Shown: in pieces, positions 49,480 through 59,251 of the stretch
Layout: the number at the start of each line of letters is the position of its first letter
How positions within the stretch are numbered: position 1 is the first letter of the stretch
Notes under the pieces: generated by a model
Told to the model about the DNA's origin: nothing
Databases searched by the model: none
What the model saw: the letters and a program-made list of their open reading frames with translations, nothing else
Position numbers and translations under genes: made by a program
NCBI GenBank assembly: GCA_965140415.1
Contig: OZ223209.1
Span: forward strand, 2,432,001 to 2,496,000
Direction of reading: 5' to 3'
DNA: 64,000 nucleotides
Source of the DNA: Myxococcota bacterium
GTDB lineage: Bacteria > Myxococcota_A > SURF-8

Positions 49480-50559
49480 ATGAAGTATCAAGGCCCCATG
49501 TATTGTCGAATTGTTTCAATTGCTCTGCTGCTATTCGTTTCCATGCTTATCAGCGGTTGTCCCAACGACGATGATCCCGTCTCGCAGGGCGATAATGACC
49601 AGGATGTGGAAAGCGATTCTGTGGTTGATGGCGATCAAGAAAGCGACACAGATAGCGACTTGCCTGCGATAGACGGCGATCTGGATTCCGCTTCTGAATT
49701 GGAGCAGGAAATCAGTGAAATCGAGACCGATACGGAAGGTGGCTGTGTTTCGGATGGGGACTTGGATTCTGTGGAAAACGTGGAAGTAGAGCCGGACTCG
49801 GAACAAAACGAGTTGGAAGTAGACGTGCAGGAAGTTGAGTTGGAAAATGACTCGGCGGAGACTGAAAATGAAGTTGAACTAGATGCATCGGAAGGCGAGG
49901 AAGAAATCGAAACGCACGCGCCGATTGCCTGCCAGACTGAAGCGGACTGTCCTGTAAATGAAGCCTGTGGGAATGATAACTTCTGCCACTGGTACGTTCC
50001 TGAATGTGGCGGCGTTGCCTGCCCAAGACCGATGGAATGCGATGCTGGTAGTACTCAATGCGTTGATCCTTGTGATGCCTGCGAAACGGACTGCTGTGAG
50101 AATGGCGTCTGTTATGACTGTCAGTGCAATAATCATGGAAGCGGTACGTTGCCGATGGGTTGTCAAACCGATGCGGATTGCTGCCCGGATTGGACCTGCT
50201 ACCAGGTGGACTGGGGTATGTATTCCTGCACGAAATTCGGGATGGATATTGCTACCACCTGCCATTTCGATCACGATTGCCCAACGGGAAAACACTGCGC
50301 CATCGATCTGGACAACCCGTTAAGCAGTGAAGGAATTTGTCGTCATTGGTGCGGTTTCGATTGGGATTTCCTGCTTCCATGTGAGCGTTGCAATGAACGA
50401 ACGCATCGGATCGTTCGAAACGATGGGGAATATTGCTTCACCGATGAAGACTGCCAGTCTGGCTACCGGTGTGAGTCATATCCTGGTTTTTGGTCTTGCG
50501 GCGTGTGCAATCCGATCCCTGATGGCGATATGGAAAACGAACTCATCCCAAACGAGTGA
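49480..50559 (+). CDS. Lipoprotein with acidic DGD/Glu-rich stalk and Cys-rich repeats
   Basis: Lipobox ISGC; DGD/E-rich stretch; repeated C-x-x-D-x-D-C modules (CQTEADC, CQTDADC, CHFDHDC, CFTDEDC). Confidence 0.75.
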   Translation: MKYQGPMYCRIVSIALLLFVSMLISGCPNDDDPVSQGDNDQDVESDSVVDGDQESDTDSDLPAIDGDLDSASELEQEISEIETDTEGGCVSDGDLDSVENVEVEPDSEQNELEVDVQEVELENDSAETENEVELDASEGEEEIETHAPIACQTEADCPVNEACGNDNFCHWYVPECGGVACPRPMECDAGSTQCVDPCDACETDCCENGVCYDCQCNNHGSGTLPMGCQTDADCCPDWTCYQVDWGMYSCTKFGMDIATTCHFDHDCPTGKHCAIDLDNPLSSEGICRHWCGFDWDFLLPCERCNERTHRIVRNDGEYCFTDEDCQSGYRCESYPGFWSCGVCNPIPDGDMENELIPNE

Positions 50560-50581
50560 TGTTTCCCTTCTAAAGAAAACT

Positions 50582-52195
50582 CTACAATTCATACTCCACT
50601 TCGGTCAGTGGCGATTGTGGAGGCGAGTCGAGTTGTTGCGCGAACGGCTCCGCTTGTCCGAACGCACGCTGAACGAAGGGAAGGGTGTAACTTGTGACAA
50701 TCTGCATTTGCTGTCGCCGGGTGACGCTTGGCTCACCGTCGAACATGGTGTAAACCTTCGCGTCGCAGAATGAGCCATGATTGCCGCCTTGAACGACGAT
50801 TTTCCATTTCGGGTCGGCTTCGAGGTTATATGCGGCATTGTAGATAAACGCGGCACTTTGGTAATCTTCCGTTGCGCCGAAGACCATGAAAGGACCGGGA
50901 GTATTGTAGCCTTCATCATGCGGACCGACGAAAATCGAGGCAAGAGAACTTGCTTCAATGTCCGGATGATCTTCATACACGTTCTGCATGCGCGCACAGC
51001 CGCGCGAATGACCCAGCATAATCAACTCCGTGGTGGTTGAAACTCCGGTCAAAGCCGGATGAATGTCGTCGAGTGTCTGGCCTTGAACGTCTTCAAGTAA
51101 ATCGTGTACGATTCGCACTGCCTCCGGGTCGTATTCATTATTGTGCGGTGTTGCGGGCATCACCGAAACGAATCCCCAGGTGGCGAAGAACTGGCCGAGA
51201 TATTCCAGGTTGATGTACGCCGCTCCATTACCGTGCAATAACACGATCAACGGGTAGGTGCCTGGAATCGCTGGACGGCGGATCGAGCCGCAGGCGGCAG
51301 GATAAAAAAGGCGGGCCTGGTGTTCGCTCATGTCCAGGTATCCGGCAGCATATGGACCTGTTTCACCCAGAGTTGATGAAGGCGTCATTGACGCAGCAGG
51401 AGTGCTGCCGTCGCAGGTAATCACGCCTGTCGGCGCCTGGCTGAACGATTCGGAACTAGTAACTAAGAGATTTCCTTCACACAGTACGGAAATCAGACCG
51501 GAAGCACCGCTGGGAACGTTGACCAGAATGCGGTTTTCCCCAGTGGCTACGGCGGTGAATCCGCTGATTGTGGTCTGACCAATCGTGATTTGTACGGATG
51601 TGCTCCCCCAGACATTTGCGTAAAAACGTTTGCCATCGATGGTCAGTACATCTCCAGGAGCGCCCGCAAGGGGGTGAAAGCCGAAGATTTCAGGCACGGT
51701 GTCTAGCCAACTGCTGCGGCGCTCGCAACGTCCGAGCGAATAATTGCAAATCAGGTCCGAGGGGCACTGTGCATGGGAGTGGCAAAATGAAGGCAGAACT
51801 GGATCGGCGTCTTGCTCCGTATCATCGCCATCCGGTGCAACGTCGCCATCTGGAATGTCGTTCCCATCGAGATCGCCATCTGTCATGTCGCCGTCTATGG
51901 CATCGCTATCCGATTGGTCTCCATCTATGAGATCTCCATCCGAAATGTCGCCGTCGGATGGAATATCAATCGTATCGCTGTCCCAATCGTCTCCATCAAC
52001 AGGTGAAAAATCCGTGTCGCCGGCTGCATCGCCGTCCGTTATAAAATCCCCATCGCTGGTGTTTGGTGGATGATACTGCGGGATTTCACTGTCACCATCG
52101 CCAGAGACTTCTTCTTCACTACATGAATTCGCAAAAAGAGATAGTCCCAGCAGAGTAGCAAGCAGCACGAGCATGAGATCGGATGTGTGTTTCAT
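50582..52195 (-). CDS. Lipoprotein: DGD repeats, Cys module, IPT/TIG-like domain, alpha/beta hydrolase (chlorophyllase/lipase-like)
   Basis: Signal peptide ending ANSC; ten or more DGD motifs; YPLIVLLHGNG..FATWGFV, GHSRG, GGNHGSF. Confidence 0.78.
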   Translation of the reverse strand: MKHTSDLMLVLLATLLGLSLFANSCSEEEVSGDGDSEIPQYHPPNTSDGDFITDGDAAGDTDFSPVDGDDWDSDTIDIPSDGDISDGDLIDGDQSDSDAIDGDMTDGDLDGNDIPDGDVAPDGDDTEQDADPVLPSFCHSHAQCPSDLICNYSLGRCERRSSWLDTVPEIFGFHPLAGAPGDVLTIDGKRFYANVWGSTSVQITIGQTTISGFTAVATGENRILVNVPSGASGLISVLCEGNLLVTSSESFSQAPTGVITCDGSTPAASMTPSSTLGETGPYAAGYLDMSEHQARLFYPAACGSIRRPAIPGTYPLIVLLHGNGAAYINLEYLGQFFATWGFVSVMPATPHNNEYDPEAVRIVHDLLEDVQGQTLDDIHPALTGVSTTTELIMLGHSRGCARMQNVYEDHPDIEASSLASIFVGPHDEGYNTPGPFMVFGATEDYQSAAFIYNAAYNLEADPKWKIVVQGGNHGSFCDAKVYTMFDGEPSVTRRQQMQIVTSYTLPFVQRAFGQAEPFAQQLDSPPQSPLTEVEYEL

Positions 52196-52219
52196 GGTTC
52201 ACTCTCAATAAAGATCGAT

Positions 52220-54154
52220 TTAGCAGGTTTCGCGACGGCTCCGGTGTATCAGGAATCCAAATAAAATGAAAACAAGTGAAAGCAAACAGGACATCCCTTG
52301 CGCTTGGTGACATCCACCTGCGCTGCCGATTTCTCCGCTGCCATCTTGTGAAATGCAACCTCGTGCCGCATCACACTGCAACCCTTCGGCTTCGCAGTCG
52401 CGACTGTCCAACCAGTTTTCATCGTATGAGCATTGCTGGAAGATCCCATTCTCGCAGCGTGTCTCTCCGGTCTCGCAGCGGATGGAAAGACTTTCCTCAT
52501 TTTCAATTTCGTCCATGTCGCCATCGGAATACTCCTCATCTGCAACCGGAAGAATAAAGTCCGAATCGCCATATTGGATCGGAAGATTGCCGTCGGGTGA
52601 CGTGTCGCCATCAGAAAGTTGTTCTACACATTGTCCCAGATTGCAGATCCAGCCTTCATCGCAGGATTCCAGTAAATTCCAAGAGCCGTTCGCGTCGCAG
52701 ATCCAAACGGAATTATCCAAACCGCATTCCCGTTCACCCTCCACACATTCAACAACGGCTTCCACATCCTGATCGCCATCTTCAGGGGAGTCCCCGTCGC
52801 CGTCAATCGGCTCATCGGTCTCGGGTAAGATGATTTCTCCCTCTGCCAGCGGTGTGTCGCTGTCTTCTTCGCCCAGCTCGCAATCCCCCTCGACAATGCG
52901 AAAGCGACTATAGAAGCTTCGGGTTCGATCTCCGGTCACTTCCACTTCCAGGTCGTGAATGCCAACCGCGAGTTCCTGTGTGTTGAAGCTGCCTCGCCAT
53001 TGTTCTGGAATGGCAGGGTGTTGCAATAAGGTTTGCCAGCTTTCGGAGTCGACCCGAAAGCGCATATTGGATGGTTCCAGCAGATCGAACAGCAGCACGC
53101 GCACCGGGGCCTGCTCGCAGGAATTAGACACTGGGGGCGCATGGGGATTGTCTTGCCACTCCGATTCTCCATCTGCCGAGAATTGAGCGGGAGCCGGGGC
53201 TGTGATTACAGCTAAAGGCCAGGGCTGCTCTGCGTTGACAACCGTTTGGCTGAGGCAGTGATTGTCCAGCGCATACACCGCCAGGTTGTTGTCCGATCCC
53301 TGACCCAGCGAATCGATTCTGAATCGGATCACGTCATCCGAGCCGAGACGGATGCCTCGGTCGTGCTCGTGACCGTGGGCATAGAACGTCGCTCCTTCTC
53401 TAATCAGCAGATCGGAGAAGGCTTCGTTGTTGTCCACATCGAGATAGTCGTGATGGCTGAAAATCATGGTCATTTCACTGCTGCCGAGCGCTTGCAGATT
53501 TTCTTCCAGTTCCAACAATTCCCAATCCGTGAAAATCGCGTTATCCCACCACCACTGTTGACCGTCGTTGGCGGAGTCCGCCGCAGCGGCAAAGCGATAG
53601 CGGCCATAAGGCATATCCAGAGCCCAATAGGGTTGCGTGGTGCGATAGGTTACACCGGAATAGGAATAGGCAAGATAGTAGTTCAATTCGCCGTCGCCGT
53701 AAGCATCGTGATTGCCTGCAAGGTCGAAATAGAAATCCGGGGTAAGTCCGGCCTGCTCCAGGTAGCCGCGATATTCCTGCCATTCTTCGACATGAGGACC
53801 GGTGCCGTAGACGACGCCATCGGTGGAGTCGGTCAGATCGCCGGTGGTGACAATGAACCAGGGATCGACGGTATCGGCAATTTCCGTAGCGACGCGATAG
53901 AGCTTGTCGCCATACGTCTGATTGAAAAACGTGGAAACGTGCGTGTCGGAAATCTGGATGAACCAGAATATATGGCTGCCATCGGCCAGATAGGCTGGAT
54001 TTTCTAGCTCGTTTTCCTGTGCCTGCGCGATATTGATGGAGAGAAATAAAAGCAGAATAGATGTAAGCACGCAGATTGGTATCCGGCTGCGTTTCGATTC
54101 GAAAACGGAAGCCGCCGTATGGCGTTTTGCTTTCTCGATTGTTTCTGCTGTCAT
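52220..54154 (-). CDS. Surface metallophosphoesterase (calcineurin-like, TMEM62-N-like) with DGD/Cys repeats and MYXO-CTERM-like anchor
   Basis: QISDTHVS, TGDLTD, GNHD, HHD, GHEH; C-terminal SAGGC followed by a hydrophobic helix and HRSRR. GGAG RBS. Confidence 0.8.
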   Translation of the reverse strand: MTAETIEKAKRHTAASVFESKRSRIPICVLTSILLLFLSINIAQAQENELENPAYLADGSHIFWFIQISDTHVSTFFNQTYGDKLYRVATEIADTVDPWFIVTTGDLTDSTDGVVYGTGPHVEEWQEYRGYLEQAGLTPDFYFDLAGNHDAYGDGELNYYLAYSYSGVTYRTTQPYWALDMPYGRYRFAAAADSANDGQQWWWDNAIFTDWELLELEENLQALGSSEMTMIFSHHDYLDVDNNEAFSDLLIREGATFYAHGHEHDRGIRLGSDDVIRFRIDSLGQGSDNNLAVYALDNHCLSQTVVNAEQPWPLAVITAPAPAQFSADGESEWQDNPHAPPVSNSCEQAPVRVLLFDLLEPSNMRFRVDSESWQTLLQHPAIPEQWRGSFNTQELAVGIHDLEVEVTGDRTRSFYSRFRIVEGDCELGEEDSDTPLAEGEIILPETDEPIDGDGDSPEDGDQDVEAVVECVEGERECGLDNSVWICDANGSWNLLESCDEGWICNLGQCVEQLSDGDTSPDGNLPIQYGDSDFILPVADEEYSDGDMDEIENEESLSIRCETGETRCENGIFQQCSYDENWLDSRDCEAEGLQCDAARGCISQDGSGEIGSAGGCHQAQGMSCLLSLVFILFGFLIHRSRRETC

Positions 54155-54182
54155 GTAAAACTCCATCGAGTGATTTGAAGCA

Positions 54183-55394
54183 TCAGGCGGAATCGGCGAC
54201 ATCCAGTACGATCTTGATCGCCTGTTCTTTCCCTTTCGATAAAAAGGCTTTGACGGCCTGCTTGTATTCGCTTACCGGGAAACGATGCGTGATGATATCC
54301 GCAGGATCAACGACTTGTTTCTTTAACAGCTCCGCCGCCACGTCGAAGGAGTTGCGTTCTTCGGTCTCCGATGCATGACAGTTGATGCCGACCAGGTTGA
54401 TCTCTTTGGCCCACACCGGCGAATAATCGATTTTCCCTGGTTGGAAGTTGATTCCGATCAAGACCAAACTGCCCCCGCCGCGAGTCCAGCGCAAGGCCTT
54501 GGTTACAGTAGAGTCGTTTCCGACGGTGTCGTAAATAACGTCGAATCCTCCGAGCAGGATTTCATTTCCGAAATAGCCTTTGATATAGCGCCCGCCGGTG
54601 ATATCTGCAAATTGGCTATAAAGCGATTTCGTTTCCATAACGGGTGTCGCCCCCAGTTTTTCCACCACGGTGGCCTGGAAACAATGGCGAGTGAGGCAGT
54701 ACACGTCCGCTTGAGGGAAGAGTCCGCGTACCGCCGCCACGGTCATCAGGCCGATGGTTCCCGCTCCAAGCACAAGCACCTTCTGGCCGGGTTGTGGATT
54801 GGCTTTGAGTGCGCCGTGGGCTGCGCTGGCAAGCGGTTCCAGTAACAGCGCCTGATCGTTCGTAAGTTCCGCCGGGATTTTGTAGGGCTGGCTTTTATGC
54901 ATGACCATCAAAGGTGAAAAACCGCCGCCGACATCACGGATGGGCAACTCTTTACTTCCCTGATTTTCACACAGCATGTAATTGCCGCGCGCGCATTGAG
55001 GGCAGGGCGGGTCGATCTCCAACTGATTGCAGGAGGGCCAGTCGATGCGCATGGCCACCCGATCGCCAACAGCGACCGTATCGACGTCGGAACCCGCCTC
55101 GATCACTTCGCCCACCAGTTCATGTCCCAGGAATTTCCGGCTGATTCCTGGAATGGCGGCGGGGTAGCACTTCGGGTCCATTTCCATGAACATGAAATGC
55201 AGATCGGTGCCGCACAATCCGCAACTGAGGTTGCGCACCTTCAGCCAGCGAGAATTTGGGATATGCGGCTCGGGAACATCGGCATACTTCAAACTGGAAA
55301 AGGGGCCAAGGGCTGCGTAACGATCGAAGACGGAGGCGACTTTCAGCGTGGCGACCTGGGACAGCTTGTTTTCGAAATACAGGGCTTTCATCAT
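54183..55394 (-). CDS. Zinc-dependent medium-chain dehydrogenase/reductase
   Basis: CGLCGTD, LGHELVG, C..CPQC..C structural Zn site, EPLA, GAGTIG. TAATG overlap with the upstream stop. Confidence 0.92.
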   Translation of the reverse strand: MMKALYFENKLSQVATLKVASVFDRYAALGPFSSLKYADVPEPHIPNSRWLKVRNLSCGLCGTDLHFMFMEMDPKCYPAAIPGISRKFLGHELVGEVIEAGSDVDTVAVGDRVAMRIDWPSCNQLEIDPPCPQCARGNYMLCENQGSKELPIRDVGGGFSPLMVMHKSQPYKIPAELTNDQALLLEPLASAAHGALKANPQPGQKVLVLGAGTIGLMTVAAVRGLFPQADVYCLTRHCFQATVVEKLGATPVMETKSLYSQFADITGGRYIKGYFGNEILLGGFDVIYDTVGNDSTVTKALRWTRGGGSLVLIGINFQPGKIDYSPVWAKEINLVGINCHASETEERNSFDVAAELLKKQVVDPADIITHRFPVSEYKQAVKAFLSKGKEQAIKIVLDVADSA

Positions 55395-56650
55395 TACGCC
55401 TCCTGGCCGCTGGACGATTCCAGGTTATCCAACGCCGTTGCAACGGCAAGAAGAAGGTCATCCGCTTCCTGCTTGCTTAGCAGAAGGCTGGGGCGGAGTA
55501 AAACCGTGTTTCTTGCTACTTTCCCCGTTTGAGCCAACACTCCGGCTATGGATAATTCCCGGCAGAAATCCGTTGCGGCTTGCTCGCTCTTTAATTGCAG
55601 AGACAATAACAAGCCTTGACCGGCAACACTTCGAAGAGTGGCCTCATGTTGCGTCGAAAGGTTCTCCAGTGCTTTTTTCAACTCAGCTCCGATAGCCGAG
55701 GCATTATCCCAGGGATGAGCTTGTTCATAGACTTTTAGGGCTTTTGTGGCGACGCGGCAGCCTAAGTCGGAACCTCCGAATGTGGAAAGGTGAATCATGG
55801 GGTGATCGTTTAAAAAAGCGTTTACACGTTGGGTCAGTACCGTCGCGCAAATAGGGAACATGCCGCCACCCAGCGCTTCTCCAACAATCAGAATATCCGG
55901 TTGAATCGCGTAGGATTCGAAAGCAAAGCGTTTGCCTGTGCGTCCGAAACCGGTCTGGGTTTCGTCGAAGATCAACAGCGCGCCGTGACGATCGCACAAT
56001 GACCGCAAGGTACTGAGATAGTTCTTATCGATCGTGCGGCAATGATTTTCCGCCTGGGTAAGTTCAAGGATCACTGCGGCGGTATTGGAGGATATCGCTT
56101 GTTTCGCTTGTTCGATGTCGTTAAACGCGATTGTTTTCGTGTTCGGGATCAGGGGGGCATAGGTGTCTTTATCCACTCGCTCAGATAGCGTCAGTGCGAA
56201 ACCGGTTTCGCCGTACCAGCCGCCGTCTACCGTGATCAGTTCCTGTCGTCCCGTGAAGCCTCGTGAAACCTTGCAGGCGCATTCCACTGGTTCGCCGCGC
56301 ATCACACTGAAGACCGAGCATTCCAGTGGGCCGGGTATGAACTCGGAAAGTGTTTGCGCAAGCATCGCCTTTTCTTTTGAGATCATCGGAAAGTTGCCCT
56401 GATCCGTCTGGGTCAAGGCGACATTCAACTCCTGCGCCAATTCCGCGTGATGGCGTCCCAGGTTGAAGGCACCGCCGGAACTGTGGCAGTCTATATAGCG
56501 TTTTCCGTTTTCATCGAAAACGAGTGAACCCTCGCGTTTGGATTCGATGATGTCCAGCCCGTTACGTTTCAACTCGGTGAGCATGGCCGGAGAAAAAAGC
56601 CGGGCGAAATCGTCTTTCAGTTGTTTTGCCGTGTTTTGTTGTTTAGACAT
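55394..56650 (-). CDS. Class-III aminotransferase-fold protein lacking the PLP lysine (subunit B)
   Basis: [11 protein letters not shown] and HLSTFGG retained; DILIVGEALGGG has Glu (GAA, 55877-55879) at the Lys position. Confidence 0.85.
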   Translation of the reverse strand: MSKQQNTAKQLKDDFARLFSPAMLTELKRNGLDIIESKREGSLVFDENGKRYIDCHSSGGAFNLGRHHAELAQELNVALTQTDQGNFPMISKEKAMLAQTLSEFIPGPLECSVFSVMRGEPVECACKVSRGFTGRQELITVDGGWYGETGFALTLSERVDKDTYAPLIPNTKTIAFNDIEQAKQAISSNTAAVILELTQAENHCRTIDKNYLSTLRSLCDRHGALLIFDETQTGFGRTGKRFAFESYAIQPDILIVGEALGGGMFPICATVLTQRVNAFLNDHPMIHLSTFGGSDLGCRVATKALKVYEQAHPWDNASAIGAELKKALENLSTQHEATLRSVAGQGLLLSLQLKSEQAATDFCRELSIAGVLAQTGKVARNTVLLRPSLLLSKQEADDLLLAVATALDNLESSSGQEA

Positions 56651-58064
56651 GACGACCTCCTTTCAATGAACCACCAACGCGTTTGACGCCGTCTTCCACC
56701 TTTCGGATAATACCGAATAACGAGGTTTGGAATTTCTCGCTGTTTAACAGATCGCGAAGCGGTTTGATGCGGGCGGCAGGTAGCGCAAGAGGAAGTAGAA
56801 TCTTCATGTCCTTGACCGCGCCTTCAATCGCTTCGATTAGAAGATCCATTTCCTGATCGTTGATGGTGATTGGAGCCATGAAGCGCATGACCTGTGGTGC
56901 ATTGCCGGAATATGCTGCAAACACGCCGTGTTTGGCCAGCGCATCGGACATCATCGGTCCCATGAATTCGTGGATGTATTCAATCCCTACCATCAGGCCG
57001 ATGCCGCGCACGTCCTTGATGATCTTGGGATTACGTTCCCGCAGACGCAGCAGCGCTTCCCGCAGCTTGTCGCCCATGCGCTGCGAATTTTCCCACAAGC
57101 GATTTTCTTCCAGGTACTCCAGCACTTTCAGGGAAACGCGACATCCCAAATCGGAGCCGCCGGTGGAGGTCGGGTGAAAGTCGGGATGAGCATCGACGAA
57201 AGCCGTCAGTTGTTCGGAATCGCGGTACAGCATCGCGGCATTGGGATAAAGCGAGCCGCCAAGCGATTTGGCGACCGTCATGATATCCGGAACGACGCCG
57301 GAATGTTCGCAGGCGAAAAGTTTGCCGGTGCGCCCGAAACCGGTTTGGATTTCGTCGAAGATCAAAATTGCACCAGTCTGGTCGCAAAGCTCGCGCAGTC
57401 CTTTCAAGTAGCCGGTTTCCCCAACAAAGATTCCGGCTTCGCCCTGCACCGGCTCTACGATAATCGCGGCGGTTTCACTGTTGACGGCTTCTTTCATTGC
57501 TTGCAGATCGTTAAAGGGAACGAAGGAAAAACCGGGCATCAGCGGTTCGCAGTAGTGCCGGTAATGCTCCTTGCCGTTGGCGCTCAACGAGAAGCCTGTA
57601 TGTCCATGGTAGGCTTTGATGGTGCTGACGATGTGACTGCGCCCGGTTGCGCCACGGGTGAGTTTGATTGCGCAATCCACCGCATCGCCACCCCCTGCGG
57701 CGAAGAGAATCCGGTTCAAGCCGTCGGGAGACATCTCGACCAGTTTTTTCGCGAAAGCAATTTTGTGCGGCGAAATCAATCCGCTAAGTCCCATGTCCAG
57801 ATCTTGCAGTGCGTCTTGCAGTGCGCCCATAATTTCAGGGTTATGCCTGGATACGTTGAAACTTCCGGCGGAAGAGAAACAGTCGAACATGCGGCGGCCT
57901 GAAATCGGATCGGTAAAGTGAACGCCAAGGCGCTCGGTTTCGAAAACATCCAGGTGCCCGGCTTTTAGATACTTGACTTGTCCTCGGTTGATATACCGTT
58001 CGAAAGTCGAGACGATACGCCGGACTTCCTCGGCATCGATGCGCTCCGGATTCGTATTGGTCAT
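56643..58064 (-). CDS. Class-III PLP aminotransferase (subunit A)
   Basis: [38 protein letters not shown] (PLP Lys), VRGIGLMVG. Overlaps the next gene by 8 bp. Confidence 0.92.
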   Translation of the reverse strand: MTNTNPERIDAEEVRRIVSTFERYINRGQVKYLKAGHLDVFETERLGVHFTDPISGRRMFDCFSSAGSFNVSRHNPEIMGALQDALQDLDMGLSGLISPHKIAFAKKLVEMSPDGLNRILFAAGGGDAVDCAIKLTRGATGRSHIVSTIKAYHGHTGFSLSANGKEHYRHYCEPLMPGFSFVPFNDLQAMKEAVNSETAAIIVEPVQGEAGIFVGETGYLKGLRELCDQTGAILIFDEIQTGFGRTGKLFACEHSGVVPDIMTVAKSLGGSLYPNAAMLYRDSEQLTAFVDAHPDFHPTSTGGSDLGCRVSLKVLEYLEENRLWENSQRMGDKLREALLRLRERNPKIIKDVRGIGLMVGIEYIHEFMGPMMSDALAKHGVFAAYSGNAPQVMRFMAPITINDQEMDLLIEAIEGAVKDMKILLPLALPAARIKPLRDLLNSEKFQTSLFGIIRKVEDGVKRVGGSLKGGRHV

Positions 58065-58383
58065 GGACACTCTTCCTTCCTGCATGAGTGGAACTCAACT
58101 GCTATTATCTGCCTTCACGTTCACCGGATACAATAATTACAACTTATCCGCGTGGGTGGTAGCGATTCAATATCTGCGTCTTGTTTCGTGTTGCAAATTG
58201 GCTTCGACGTCTTAATCGTCACTGTACTCAAAAAGAAGCGAGGTTGAAAGTAGATTTTACAGCAGGGAAGGACATTTTCAGCGATTCGGAAGCTGCGTTT
58301 TGCACGTAGGCGCATTCCTGCAACAAGGCGCAAGACCAGCTCTATCGAGCTTCAGGCTATGGGAACTGTGCTGGCACTGACTC

Positions 58384-59235
58384 TCAGAATACTTCCACCG
58401 CTTCCAATGGAACGGGCGGGTAAATCTGTCCGTGGGAAGGCGGCATGGAGTTATACACCCAGTCGATATCTACCGCTCCCAGCGACAACGGCAGCGGTCC
58501 GAAGGAGCGCTGCGAGTGATACCGTCCACGCACCAGGACACTTTCCATTTTCAACGTCATTGCGAATATGGCAACCGGCGTATCCGGCTTGATGTCGCGA
58601 AGCTCGTCGCTGTAGGGGAAGCGCGTAAAGACGAGGCGGCGCGGGTCTGTCGGCTGGCATTGCAACAACGGGATGATACGCGGGTAGCCATCCGTATCGA
58701 TTGCGGCCAGAAATGCGAGTGAATCCAGTTTGGAAAGCAACTCCATGCCAAAGGCGGACAGCATCTTTTCGTCACCCTTGCGACCGGCTCCGAACTTGGA
58801 AAGTTTGGTTAAAATTGAAGCGGGAACGATGCTTTTTACCGGCAATGGTTCTTTTTCCGTGGTTTCTACCAGATCCATGTAATGCACGGTGTTGATGCCG
58901 AAATAACTGTTGTAGCGGAACATCGGCTTTTCGTTGAACATCGTGTAATCGTCGCCTTCGCGCAGCAGATGCGTCCAGGTGGCTTTGCCGCGCCAGAGTT
59001 CGCGATCGGCGGACATGATCAGAAAGCCGGTTTTGGGATTTTGCTGCACGTGTTGTTTGGATAAACCGATGCAGAACTGTCCCCAAATCACCTGGGTCGG
59101 TGTCTTTGCCTGCAAGGATGTAATCAAGGAGATGTGAGGCAATCCCTGGGGGTTGACCGTCGCCAAAAGCCCGACTTTTTCTGCCGGTTCAAAGGCTTTC
59201 ATGTCCTGTTCGGAAAACGCTTGTTTTATAGTCAC
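58384..59235 (-). CDS. Tandem pyridoxamine-5'-phosphate-oxidase-like (split barrel) protein
   Basis: Two halves: GLLATVNPQGLPHIS..HVQQNPKTG and AFLAAIDTDGYPRII..DIKPDTPVAI. GGGG RBS before GTG. Confidence 0.72.
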   Translation of the reverse strand: MTIKQAFSEQDMKAFEPAEKVGLLATVNPQGLPHISLITSLQAKTPTQVIWGQFCIGLSKQHVQQNPKTGFLIMSADRELWRGKATWTHLLREGDDYTMFNEKPMFRYNSYFGINTVHYMDLVETTEKEPLPVKSIVPASILTKLSKFGAGRKGDEKMLSAFGMELLSKLDSLAFLAAIDTDGYPRIIPLLQCQPTDPRRLVFTRFPYSDELRDIKPDTPVAIFAMTLKMESVLVRGRYHSQRSFGPLPLSLGAVDIDWVYNSMPPSHGQIYPPVPLEAVEVF

Positions 59236-59251
59236 GATGTTTCCCCTTTAG

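Noticed and set aside
55394-56650. Calling aminotransferase B a pseudogene
   Set aside because: Full-length intact ORF, overlapping both neighbours, with selective motif retention.
56928-57902. 324-aa plus-strand ORF
   Set aside because: Antisense to the motif-supported aminotransferase.
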